DNA from: Pirellulales bacterium
GTDB lineage: Bacteria; Planctomycetota; Planctomycetia; Pirellulales; JAEUIK01
Reading direction: 5' to 3'
Length of the DNA: 64,000 nt
Assembly (NCBI GenBank): GCA_019636335.1
Contig: JAHBXR010000007.1
Location: 109,978-173,977 of the forward strand
Each line of letters opens with the position of its first letter. Positions within the stretch are counted from its first letter, which is position 1. Below are positions 28,900 to 41,494 of the stretch, piece by piece. A program made the translations under genes and the position numbers. The notes under the pieces are model-generated. The model did no database searches. It worked only from the letters and a program-made list of their open reading frames with translations, and was not told where the DNA came from.

Positions 28900-30084
28900 T
28901 CAGCGGACTTTGCTCATGTAGCGGAGGAACTCGGCGTCGAGTTCTTCGAGCGGGCCGAAGATGCGTTTGAACTCTTCGAGACGCTGGCCTGGCTCGTCGC
29001 GCCCCAAACGCGGCTTGGCCGACAACAGCCGCATGTATTCGTGAAATTCGTTGGGCCGCTGTCGGATCAGAAAATAGGTCAGCGCCCAGGCCTCGGAGTA
29101 GGCGTCGCCGGCGGTCTGCGGATCGCGCAGCTTGTCGTCGCCGGTGACGAGCGCGGCGAGCGAATCGCTGTCGCGGTTTGGTACATAGCGACGGAAGCCG
29201 TCCAGACGGTGCCAGTTGATGCCGCCGATGTTGCGCCAGCCCGAGCGACTCGAAAGATCGGGCGTTTCGAAATAAACCGCGATTCCTTCGCTGACCCAGA
29301 GTGGAATATCCGAGTAGCGCGTCTGCAGCCCGCAGTTGAAGGCGATCTGGTGAGTGGCCTCGTGTACGATCGTGGCCACGGTGCGTTCCGCTTGTGGGCG
29401 AGCGAGCATGGCATTGATCTGCGCGGCCGTAGCGCGGCGGTCGCCCGGCTGCCGCAGCGTTTCGATGCCGGTCAGATCGAACGTGGTGATGCGATTCGTG
29501 CGAATGCTGTAATAGCCGGCGACGGCGGGGGCGGCGCCTCCCAACTCGGGCTCGGCGAATTTGATGTACGCCTGCCGATTGGCAAAGATTACCGCCACCA
29601 GCGGAAACTCGGGCTCGACGACGTCGAAGCCTTTGCGCTGCCAGTAGTTGGTAAAGGCCATGTAGAGACGTTCGAACAGTGCGCCGGCCCATTGCGCGAA
29701 CACACGTGACGTGTCGTAACAGATCACGTAGTGATTCGTCTTGTGGATTTGAAATCCCGGCGGGAGCTCGGCCAGCACGCGGCGCCCGACCTCGTCGGCC
29801 GAGAGGGGCTTGAACTCGGCGTCATCCTGGCGACGTTCGACCAACTGCTGGGCATCGATCGCCCAGGTCGCGCCATCGTCCGATTGAAACAGCAGGCCTC
29901 CCTGTTGCAATTCGGTCAGCACGCGCCCGCTCAGTTGAAGCTGGTCGTCCTCGTGTCGGAAGAGCACGTGGTCGACCCCCCAGGCCACTGGCGTCCCGGC
30001 GCAAATCGCCGCCAGACCCAGCAACAGGCAGGCGATCGACGCTCCGCAACGACGCGCAGGGGGCAGAGATCGAATCCACAGCAT
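28900..30084 (-). CDS. DUF1570-domain (zincin-like, HExxH) secreted protein
   Basis: Within ORF 28900..30444. Signal peptide from MLWIRS, TIVHEATHQIAFNCG, PLWVSEGIAVYFE and YSEAWALTYFL. Confidence 0.85.
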   Translation of the reverse strand: MLWIRSLPPARRCGASIACLLLGLAAICAGTPVAWGVDHVLFRHEDDQLQLSGRVLTELQQGGLLFQSDDGATWAIDAQQLVERRQDDAEFKPLSADEVGRRVLAELPPGFQIHKTNHYVICYDTSRVFAQWAGALFERLYMAFTNYWQRKGFDVVEPEFPLVAVIFANRQAYIKFAEPELGGAAPAVAGYYSIRTNRITTFDLTGIETLRQPGDRRATAAQINAMLARPQAERTVATIVHEATHQIAFNCGLQTRYSDIPLWVSEGIAVYFETPDLSSRSGWRNIGGINWHRLDGFRRYVPNRDSDSLAALVTGDDKLRDPQTAGDAYSEAWALTYFLIRQRPNEFHEYMRLLSAKPRLGRDEPGQRLEEFKRIFGPLEELDAEFLRYMSKVR

Positions 30085-30275
30085 ACGCAGGCGACCGCTC
30101 GGTAAGGCGACGAACGCGGGATGAACGTTGGGCGATTGCGAGCAACCGTCCGACGCCGAGACTCGTTCCAGGGTATCAGATGACGTCGAGCTTGGCGCAC
30201 GCGGCGCGCAGAAACGGCGCGTCTGCGCTCTCCCCGTGGGAAGAAGCTTCGCCAATGGCCGGCAGGCCCGACGTC

Positions 30276-30827
30276 CTACTTGCGCACCAGCTTGCCGCTG
30301 AAGCCCGCCTTGTGCAGGGCCTCGCGCATCTGGGCCACCGAGAGCTCCTTGCCGGTCAGCGTGACGGTCCGCTCGTCGACATCGCAATCGACGGCCACGA
30401 CGTCCGTCAGATCGGTGTAGCCCTGGACCACTCCCTTGGCGCAACCGCCGCAGCAGAGATGCACTCCCTCGAAGACGATGCGATCGGCCTTGAGTTCGGG
30501 CTCGATCTTTTCGGTCGGTACGGTGAGCTTCTTATCTCCTTGCGTGGCCGTGGCAAAGAAGCCGGCCTCGGCCATCGCGCCGAGCGCTTCCTGGGTCTTT
30601 TCGTCACTGGGCGAAAGGAACCGCGCCGAAGCCGTCTTGCGATCGACTTCAATCTGCTCGATGCCTTCGACCGAGCTCAGGGCATCGGTCAGGTCGTTGC
30701 TGCACGTCTTGCAGCAGAGGTGCATGTTCTCGAGCTGGACGGGAGTGCGATCGGCAGCTCCGACGCTCGTTGCCCCGAAGAGCAGAACCAGGCAGGCCAG
30801 CGCGACACAACGAGAGCGAAATAACAT
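30276..30827 (-). CDS. Secreted protein with two heavy-metal-associated (HMA)-like domains
   Basis: Signal peptide followed by MHLCCKTC and VHLCCGGC motifs, each in a ferredoxin-like repeat ending AGF. Confidence 0.8.
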   Translation of the reverse strand: MLFRSRCVALACLVLLFGATSVGAADRTPVQLENMHLCCKTCSNDLTDALSSVEGIEQIEVDRKTASARFLSPSDEKTQEALGAMAEAGFFATATQGDKKLTVPTEKIEPELKADRIVFEGVHLCCGGCAKGVVQGYTDLTDVVAVDCDVDERTVTLTGKELSVAQMREALHKAGFSGKLVRK

Positions 30828-31134
30828 GGGGACACCTCGGGGGCCGAATGGCGATGAAGAAGCGTGAAAGGGGCGTACGAGCGACGCTAGCGTCGAGTCT
30901 ACGGCTCGTTCGTTCCAAAGGTCAACGTCAATCACCATCGCGGGCGATGAACTCGCGATGAACTTCGCCGCCGATGATTAGTTAAAGCGCCGGTCTTGCG
31001 CAGATTGTGATGGCGAAAGTTTGCTCGAAGACTCGTCTTGGAGCGCGCGGATTGAGTCGATATAGTCCCCGGCCACTCCCCTTCGGGAGGAAGGCTTCTT
31101 CCACGTCCTCACGTCCTTCGAAGCCCGAGTGATA

Positions 31135-31845
31135 ATGTTGCGTTTCACCAGCGATCGCTGGATCGTGCCTGTCGTCTGCCTCGTCATCCTCTTCGGTGGT
31201 GGTTGCGCCGATACGCGCAACAAGATGCGCCATTCGTGGAAGAAGACCTTTGGCTACGTCGACGATCATCCGAATCGGCCGGCCATCCAGTCGCCGAACG
31301 AGCGCGTGGTCGAATTGCGCGAACTGGGCAAAGAAGCGCCCAAGCGATCGCAGGAAGAGCAGGAAGAAGTGTCGGCGAATTTGGCCAAGGCGATTCGCAC
31401 GGAGCTCGACCCCTTCATGCGGGCCGAGATCGTGCGGGCGTTGGCGAATTTCCAGACCGGCTCGGCCACGGCCGTGCTCGCCGCGGGGCTCAACGATCCC
31501 GATTCCGAAGTGCGCATTGCCTGTTGCGAGGCCCTGGGCAAACGGGGTGGTCCGGCCTCGGTCCAGGCGTTGGGAGAGGCGTTGACGAACGACACGGATA
31601 TCAACGTGCGGCTCGCCGCCGCGCGCGGGCTGGGCGAAACCAAGGATCCCGGAGCCATCAAGCCCCTGGGAGTCGCGTTGGAAGAGAACAATCCCGCCAT
31701 TCAATTGCGGGCTGTCGAGTCGTTGCGTTTGGTCTCGGGCAAGGAATATGGCAACGACGTAGAGTCCTGGCGAGCCTTTGCCGCCGGTCGCGAGCCCGCC
31801 CCTTACACGCCCACCGTCGCGGAGCGGCTCCGCAACCTCTTCTAG
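31135..31845 (+). CDS. HEAT/PBS-lyase-repeat lipoprotein
   Basis: Lipobox-like ILFGGGC, then repeats DPFMRAEIVRAL, DSEVRIACCEALG and DINVRLAAARGLG. Confidence 0.85.
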   Translation: MLRFTSDRWIVPVVCLVILFGGGCADTRNKMRHSWKKTFGYVDDHPNRPAIQSPNERVVELRELGKEAPKRSQEEQEEVSANLAKAIRTELDPFMRAEIVRALANFQTGSATAVLAAGLNDPDSEVRIACCEALGKRGGPASVQALGEALTNDTDINVRLAAARGLGETKDPGAIKPLGVALEENNPAIQLRAVESLRLVSGKEYGNDVESWRAFAAGREPAPYTPTVAERLRNLF

Positions 31846-32280
31846 CTCTTGCTGGCTTTCTGCCTGCTAGCATCCGTCGTGGAAATAGCGAAGACCTGCG
31901 AACTGCGTCTGCCGTGCCGGGGCGTTACGGATAGCCAACTCGACGCAGTTGCCGCCCCCGCTAGCATCTCGTGTGCGGTCGCAAGAAAAGCCTCGGCGTC
32001 GCCTTGGGTTCGTCCGACGAAACGGCCGATATGACAGCTACGACGACCGCGCGAACCGCGCCCGCGCAGACGGTTTGCCCCGACCGAGCGGTTCATTCCC
32101 GACTCGGTTCGGATGGCGTCCCCCCGCGTAGCGTTTAGCGCCGGTCGTGTACGCCCAGATTTGCCCTCCTGACGGGGACTCGCACGCCGCCGCGAGCTCC
32201 ACACGCCGTTCGAATAACCTGCCGCCGTAGCCACGCCTTGCCGGTGACCACCAGGTCGAGCGACGTTCCCCGTCTGCCAG

Positions 32281-33753
32281 ATGCCACAACCCAGTGAGTT
32301 GGAAATGGTTCGCACCGCCCTGCACCTGTGCGTAGGCACCGCTGTTGTTTGCGTGGCCCTGGTTGGCGACGCGCTGGCCCAAGGCCGTATGCCGGCGATC
32401 AACGATCTGCGTCCGATCGACGCGGCGGCCAAGCGTTTGGGAGTCCCCGGCCGCCCCGAGACCGCGGCCGGGGGCGAAGGGATGACGGCAGAAGATGCCG
32501 AGCAGATCGATCCGGCCCTGCTCAAGCTGCGTGAAAAGGTGCGCCGGGCGCTCGCGCTCTACTACCCCCGCAACCTGAACTCGCGCGACCATAATCCGTG
32601 GGAGGTGATGCACCAGATCATCGCCTACGGCGTGAACACGAACCTCTTGAAAGGGGGACCGAACGGCGAATCGGTGAATGCCATCGCCTATGTCTGCTGG
32701 AACAACCCCTGTGCGGGCAAACGCCTGCTCGAGCTCCGCGGCGACCGTATCAATGCCGCCAAGGGGCCGCAGGTACAAGGGCATCACGGTCAGTTTGTCG
32801 GCATGCTGGCGCAAAGCCGCGTGCCGATCGACTACCCGATGCGCAGCGGCGATCGCGAATTCACCGTGGCCGATCTCGTCGAGACCGAGAAGCTGACCTG
32901 CCGCTCGGGCGAAGAGCTCACCTTCAAGCTGATCGCCATTTCGCACTACTGCGATCTGGACGTCACCTGGAAGAACGATCAGGGGCAGGCGTGGGATATT
33001 CCCCGCTTGCTACGCGAGGAGATCGCCGCTCCGGTGAAGAAGATGAGCACCTGCGGTGGCTCGCACCGCTTGTTCTCGGTGGCCTATCCCGTGCGCAAGC
33101 TGATCAAACGCGGCGACCCGATCGAGGGTGAATTCCGCCGCGCCCAACTTCACACGCAGAACTACATCCGCTGGACCCTGAAGCTGCAGAACTCGGATGG
33201 CTCGATGAGCACCGAATGGTTCGAGGGACGCGGTTCGAATCCCGACCTGGATCGCCGCATCAAGACCACGGGGCATATTCTCGAATGGCTCGGTTTTGCC
33301 ATCGATGACGAGCAGGTGGGGGATCCCCGCGTGATGAAGGGGTTCAATTATCTGTCGAACATGCTGCTCGAGAATCGCAAGCGTCAGTGGGAGATCGGTT
33401 CCGTCGGACACGCGCTGCACGCCCTGGCGATCTACGAGGAACGCATCACGAACTTGGCGAAGGAATCGGACGAGCAGGCTCCGCTGATCACGCGCCCCGA
33501 GGAACCGACGCCGGGGCTCGACCTGCAGGATGCGGTGGAAAAGGCGATCGCCCGACCGGCTCGAGAGGTCATCGAAGAGCCGACCGCCGGCGTGCGGGAC
33601 GAAGAAGAATCGAGCGTCGATCTGACCGAGGACGAAATGCCCCAGCTCCGCACCGCGAACCGCGCCAAGAAGATGGTCAAACCAGCGGCGCCCCAGGGGC
33701 AGCGTCGGATGAACCGTCCGACGGTCGAAGGCCCCTCGTTCGGACGTCCGTAA
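32281..33753 (+). CDS. Conserved-looking hypothetical secreted protein (possible alpha/alpha toroid core, acidic disordered tail)
   Basis: 490-aa ORF with signal peptide ending ALAQ, QNSDGS (QW-like motif), GHHGQF, CGGSHRL and TTGHILEW; coding-like codon usage. Confidence 0.7.
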   Translation: MPQPSELEMVRTALHLCVGTAVVCVALVGDALAQGRMPAINDLRPIDAAAKRLGVPGRPETAAGGEGMTAEDAEQIDPALLKLREKVRRALALYYPRNLNSRDHNPWEVMHQIIAYGVNTNLLKGGPNGESVNAIAYVCWNNPCAGKRLLELRGDRINAAKGPQVQGHHGQFVGMLAQSRVPIDYPMRSGDREFTVADLVETEKLTCRSGEELTFKLIAISHYCDLDVTWKNDQGQAWDIPRLLREEIAAPVKKMSTCGGSHRLFSVAYPVRKLIKRGDPIEGEFRRAQLHTQNYIRWTLKLQNSDGSMSTEWFEGRGSNPDLDRRIKTTGHILEWLGFAIDDEQVGDPRVMKGFNYLSNMLLENRKRQWEIGSVGHALHALAIYEERITNLAKESDEQAPLITRPEEPTPGLDLQDAVEKAIARPAREVIEEPTAGVRDEEESSVDLTEDEMPQLRTANRAKKMVKPAAPQGQRRMNRPTVEGPSFGRP

Positions 33754-34069
33754 TCGAGAACCGAAACGCCTCTCGGCCGCACTCGGCCTGGTAGGCCGTT
33801 CACCTGGCCGAGGGAGGCAGCGCCAGCGTCGCGCTGCCTCGGGGCGGAGGGGGATCATCGTTCGCGGCGGTAGTCCCTTGTTTCGACGGGCGTGGAATGG
33901 CGCTCGAGCCGGACCACTCGTCTCGCACCGCGCTCGACGGCCACGTCACGGCCGATTACATTGGGCACCAGGAAGCCCCCCGCTCGGGAATCGTTTTCGC
34001 CCCGAGCCCCCGCCCTTTGACTCGTGTGCCCTGCGAGGCGCGCGGTCCATTCCCCGCGGAGAATCCCTG

Positions 34070-35313
34070 GTGATCTCATGGCTGCAACGGGGCACGCTCG
34101 CGCTGGCCGGCGTGATCCTCGCCCTGCCCCTTTCGACCGCCCTGGCCGAACCCTTCGATCTGGCCGATGGCGAACGCGTGGTGCTGATCGGTGGCACCTT
34201 CGCCGAACGCGCGCAACAGCACGACTACATCGAAGCGGCCCTGACGGCACGTTTTCCGGGACGGAAGCTGGTCTTCCGCAATCTCGGCTGGAGTGGCGAC
34301 ACCGTCTGGGGCGATTCGCGAGCCGGCTTCGAGACTCGCGCCGAGGGCTACCGGCGCCTCGTCCAGCACGTGCTCGAGCTGGACCCCACGGTAGTGCTCG
34401 TCGCCTACGGCGCGAACGAGTCGTTTGCCGGCGCGGAAGGACTTCCCGACTTCGTTGCCGGTCTCGATCGGCTATTGAACGATCTCCGCGATACGGGGGC
34501 ACGCTTCGTCTTGTTGTCTCCCACGCGACAGGAACATTTTGCGGCGCCGCTTCCCGACCCCACGGCACACAATCGCGATCTGCGTCTGTATGGGCGCATG
34601 CTGGAGGTCGTGGCGGGGCAGCGTGGCTATCGCTATGTCGATCTTTACTCGCTGATTCCCGATGGCCACGCCGAGCAGCCCCCCTGCCCTCTCACGGACA
34701 ACGGCCTGCACTACGCGGCCTATGGCTACTGGCGCGCGGCGAATGCGTTGCTGCAGGACCTCGAGTTGACGCCGGGCGCCTGGTCGCTCGAGATCGATGC
34801 CGATGGCGAAGAACTGGTGGCTAACGGAACGACGGCCACCGACGTGGCACGCGAGTCTGGCTCGATCCGGTTCACGCTGACCGACGCGCATCTGCCGTCG
34901 GCCGCGCTCCCCGACGAGGCACGGGCCTGTGGCCGTCCCGTCGGCGTCACGCGCACCGTGCGGGTACGCGATCTGCCTGCCGGCAAGCACACGCTCAAGA
35001 TCGATGACGCGGCGGTCGTTACCGCCCGTGCCGAAGAGTGGGCCGCTGGCGTGAATCTTGAGGCCGCCCCTGAGTTGGCGCAGGCCGAGGAATTGCGCCG
35101 CGCGATCCTGGCCAAGAACGAGCTCTATTTCCATCGCTGGCGGCCGCAGAACGAGACCTATCTGTTCGGCTTCCGCAAATACGAACAAGGACAAAACGCG
35201 CAGGAGGTGCCGAAGTTCGATCCGCTGGTGGCCGAGGCCGAAGCGAAGATCGTCGAACTCGCACAGCCGAAACCCCACCGCTACGAGCTGGTGGCCGAAA
35301 GTGAGGTGAGCGA

Positions 35314-35317
<4 letters not shown>
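34070..35317 (+). CDS. SGNH/GDSL-like hydrolase-fold secreted protein
   Basis: Within ORF 33878..35317; GTG 34070 follows GGAGA. VVLIGGTF (block I variant), RNLGWSGDT, YGANES and DNGLH. GTGA overlap with the next gene. Confidence 0.8.
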
Positions 35318-38820
<3,503 letters not shown>

Positions 38821-38850
38821 GCCCGCCCGGTTCAGGGCAAACGGGTTCAT

Positions 38851-38939
38851 CCGCAGAGACGCGCCGAGGAACGCAGATAGCTTGCGATGGTGTTTTTTGC
38901 CATCGGGCATAGCACATTGCCTCCCATCCGCGTAATCTG
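38851..38939. repeat. Imperfect intergenic inverted repeat
   Basis: CGCAGAGACGCG and CGCAGAT on the left versus CGCGTAATCTGCG on the right, with an inner GATGG/CCATC hairpin. Confidence 0.4.
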
Positions 38940-39021
38940 CGAACACGTTGGATAAGCTTCTCTGGGCTCGGGTCGCGCGGCAAACCGATGCGGGCCCCTT
39001 CTTGCGCGCGAAAGGATCGCG

Positions 39022-40308
39022 ATGGCGTCATACCGCGAGCGTTCGCTGGCTGTCTTTCCGGCTGGCTCGAATGGCGAGTTCAACTTCACCGAGGAGCTGA
39101 CACGTGTCTTTCACCGGGGCGAAGGCTGCCGGCTGTGGGACACCGAGGGACGCGAGTATCTCGATTTCTCGCTGGGGTGGGGATCGGTGCTCGTGGGCCA
39201 TGCGCGTCCCGAGGTGGTCGAGGTCGTGCAGCGCCGGGCGCCGCTCGGCTCGAATTTTTCCTACATTACGGAAGAGACCCTGCTGCTGGCCGAAGAGATC
39301 GTGCGCGTCAGTCCGGCCTGCGAGCGGATTCGCTTTTGTGCGTCGGGCACCGAGGCCACGATGTACTGCCAGCGGCTCGCGCGGGCTTTCACCGGTCGAG
39401 CGAAACTGCTCAAGTTCGAAGGGGCCTATCACGGCGCCAATGAAGTCGGCGTGACGAGCCTCTTTCCCAGTGGCCAGACTCCCTTTCCAAGTCCCGAGCC
39501 CTCGAGCGCGGGCATCGCGGCGCTGGTCGACGAGACCGTCCTCATCGCCCCGTTCAACGATCTCGAACGCACGGCCGCGGTGGTCGAAGAGCACGTGCGC
39601 GACCTGGCGGGCATCATTGTCGAGCCGTTGCAGCGCTGCGTGCCCCCGCTGCCTGGTTTTCTCCAGGGACTGCGCGAGTTGGCGACTCGTTACTGCGTGC
39701 CGCTCGTCTTCGACGAAGTGGTGACCGGTTTCCGGCTCGCCTACGGCGGGGCGCAAGAATACTACGGCGTGGCGCCCGACCTGGTGGCGTATGGCAAAGC
39801 GCTTGGCGGGGGGTATCCGATCGGGGCGTTCGGCGGCCGGCGCGAGATCATGGATCAGGTGCGCGAGGATCGTCTGGGACAGCCGGATTATGTCTGGACG
39901 GCTTCGACGCTCGGAGGCAATCCGATCTCGGCCGCGGCGGCCCGGGCGGCGCTGGGCGTTTTCCGTCAGCCGGGTACGTACGAGCGGCTGCACGCGCTCG
40001 GCAGATACTTGCGGGCTGGCTTGGACGAAGTGCTGGCGGCGTTCGATCTGCCGGCGCAGATCATCGGCGACGGGCCGCTGGCACAAGTCGTCTTCTCGCG
40101 CGAGCCGGTTCGCGATTATCGTTCCACGCAGCGGGGAGATCGCGCCCTGACGCGTCGGCTGATGCTCGAGCTCTTCGCACGCGGTATCTTCCTCAACCCC
40201 ATGGGGACGAAGCTCTATCTTTCCGTGGCGCACGACGAAGCGGTGTGCGACGATTTCCTGACGCGGTTTCGTGCCGCCCTGACCCACGTGCTGGAGACCG
40301 GACGATGA
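39022..40308 (+). CDS. Class III PLP-dependent aminotransferase (glutamate-1-semialdehyde aminomutase-like paralog)
   Basis: LWDTEGREYLDF, SGTEATM, KFEGAYHG, LVFDEVVTGFR and PLP lysine in YGKALGGGYP. Confidence 0.88.
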   Translation: MASYRERSLAVFPAGSNGEFNFTEELTRVFHRGEGCRLWDTEGREYLDFSLGWGSVLVGHARPEVVEVVQRRAPLGSNFSYITEETLLLAEEIVRVSPACERIRFCASGTEATMYCQRLARAFTGRAKLLKFEGAYHGANEVGVTSLFPSGQTPFPSPEPSSAGIAALVDETVLIAPFNDLERTAAVVEEHVRDLAGIIVEPLQRCVPPLPGFLQGLRELATRYCVPLVFDEVVTGFRLAYGGAQEYYGVAPDLVAYGKALGGGYPIGAFGGRREIMDQVREDRLGQPDYVWTASTLGGNPISAAAARAALGVFRQPGTYERLHALGRYLRAGLDEVLAAFDLPAQIIGDGPLAQVVFSREPVRDYRSTQRGDRALTRRLMLELFARGIFLNPMGTKLYLSVAHDEAVCDDFLTRFRAALTHVLETGR

Positions 40309-40763
40309 TTCTCGACAGCCTCTCGCAGGCCGAACGCTACTCGAAGTGGATGCCTTCGCTGAAAATGGGGTTCGGTTTCATCATCGGTCAGGCGCGGGCC
40401 TCGCTCGCCCTGGGCAAGCACGAGATCGACGGGCAGCGGGCCTACGCCATGGTCGCCAAGTACGACACCCGCGACTACGAGAGTGCCGAGCCCGAGGCCC
40501 ATCGCCGCTACCTCGACATCCAGTACCTGATTTCCGGTCGCGAGACGATCTATTGGACTCCGCTCGACGAGACCGGCAAGGTGACGCAGCCGTATGACTC
40601 GGAACGGGACATCATCTTTTTCGAACGGAACGCCCGGGCTCGCCCCTTCGAGCTGGCGGCGGGTCACTTTGCGATCTTCTTTCCCGATGATGCCCACGAG
40701 CCCAACTGCCACGCCGGCGACCCTGCGCCGGTACACAAGGTGGTGGTGAAGATACTTCTTTAG
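40305..40763 (+). CDS. YhcH/YjgK/YiaL (DUF386) family protein
   Basis: ATGA overlap with the upstream gene; EAHRRYLDIQYLISG, FAIFFPDDAHEP and HKVVVKI. Confidence 0.9.
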   Translation: MILDSLSQAERYSKWMPSLKMGFGFIIGQARASLALGKHEIDGQRAYAMVAKYDTRDYESAEPEAHRRYLDIQYLISGRETIYWTPLDETGKVTQPYDSERDIIFFERNARARPFELAAGHFAIFFPDDAHEPNCHAGDPAPVHKVVVKILL

Positions 40764-40790
40764 GGGGAATCCGTGGTTGTCAAGAAAAAT

Positions 40791-40806
40791 TGGCACTGGG
40801 TTTGCT
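40791..40806 (+). promoter_or_regulatory. Sigma54 (-24/-12) promoter
   Basis: TGGCAC-TGGGT-TTGCT matches the TGGCAC-N5-TTGCW consensus exactly. Confidence 0.7.
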
Positions 40807-40816
40807 TTCATTGATA

Positions 40817-41146
40817 GCCGTTGCCTGACGGCAACTGACCGGGGCCGAAACAGAGAAGAGCATGTTGCCGGGGCCGGTCACTGGAAGAGGTTAGTGCAGC
40901 ACAATCGTTTGCATCTCAGTAACGCCTTGCAGTAAAGCTACTTGCGAATAGAGAGAGGTGGCGTTCCTGAACGATGGGCCGAAGCGGAACCGAGGCCCGA
41001 GGTTGAGTTGGAAGCCCCTGCCCCCCCGGGGGCTTCCAACTCATTGTTGCAAAACGATACAGCAAAATTGCACACGTGTTGCACTTTTAGACAGTAGCCA
41101 GCCCAGCGATTTGACCCCCCAGTCGATCGCAGGGCTGGCTTTTTTT
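40817..41146 (+). ncRNA. Candidate sigma54-dependent structured non-coding RNA
   Basis: Lies between the sigma54 box and an intrinsic terminator, has a run of stem-loops and no convincing ORF. No known family recognised. Confidence 0.45.
41096..41146 (+). terminator. Intrinsic terminator
   Basis: AGCCAGCCC (41096-104) / GGGCTGGCT (41132-40) stem with an inner GCGAT/ATCGC extension, followed by a T7 tract. Confidence 0.8.
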
Positions 41147-41202
41147 GTGACTGGGAGAAATCGTGCGAGGGGCAACGAAGGCGAGGCAATGATCTTAACT
41201 TG

Positions 41203-41394
41203 CCCTCGCTGACGCTTTTTTGAAGTGGCGCTTTTCGCGGCATCGTAACCCGAAGCGTCAGCGAGGGAGTACTTTGCTCGACGTTCTTTGCAGGAACTCC
41301 CTCGCTGACGCTTCGCGCTTAGGATGGGCTGATTTGCCGAATACAGACGCCAAGGAACCTCGAAAGGCACAACTTCAAAGAGCGTCAGTGAGGG
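41203..41394. mobile_element. Non-autonomous MITE/REP-like nested inverted-repeat element, copy 2 (inverted relative to copy 1)
   Basis: Outer CCCTCGCTGACGCT / AGCGTCAGTGAGGG, then TTTTGAAGTGGCGCTTTTC / GAAAGGCACAACTTCAAA, and inner AAGCGTCAGCGAGGGAGT / ACTCCCTCGCTGACGCTT. Confidence 0.75.
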
Positions 41395-41419
41395 GAAATC
41401 TGGATCGAGTGCGAAAACT

Positions 41420-41447
41420 TTGACAGCATTGCTCGCACGGTTAGCAT
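41420..41447 (+). promoter_or_regulatory. Sigma70-like promoter of the DUF1549/DUF1553-DUF1501 pair
   Basis: TTGACA (41420-25), 16 nt, TAGCAT (41442-47), about 50 nt before ATG 41495. Confidence 0.5.
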
Positions 41448-41494
41448 AAAATCTTGTAGTACAAGCGTTTGCCGAAGATTCGGCGGAGACCGAA

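Noticed and set aside
33228-33250. GGTTCGAATCCC tRNA-like motif
   Set aside because: It lies in frame within a CDS (GSNP) and has no cloverleaf.
38830-38880. AGGGCAAAC resembling a c-di-GMP-I riboswitch
   Set aside because: The GNRA-capped P2 and the GCAAAG...CTAA elements are missing.
39022-40308. Calling the aminotransferase hemL
   Set aside because: HemL-specific motifs differ and no tetrapyrrole genes are nearby, so it is left without a symbol.
40840-41000. Candidate RNA considered as tmRNA, SRP RNA, RNase P RNA or a glycine riboswitch
   Set aside because: GGGGCCGAAA is not followed by TTCGAC and there is no tRNA-like 3' end. RNase P GAGGAAAGTCC, the SRP core and the glycine aptamer CTCTCAGG are absent.
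40958-41212. 84-aa ORF over the structured region
   Set aside because: It runs through the terminator into the repeat element, with atypical composition and no motifs.
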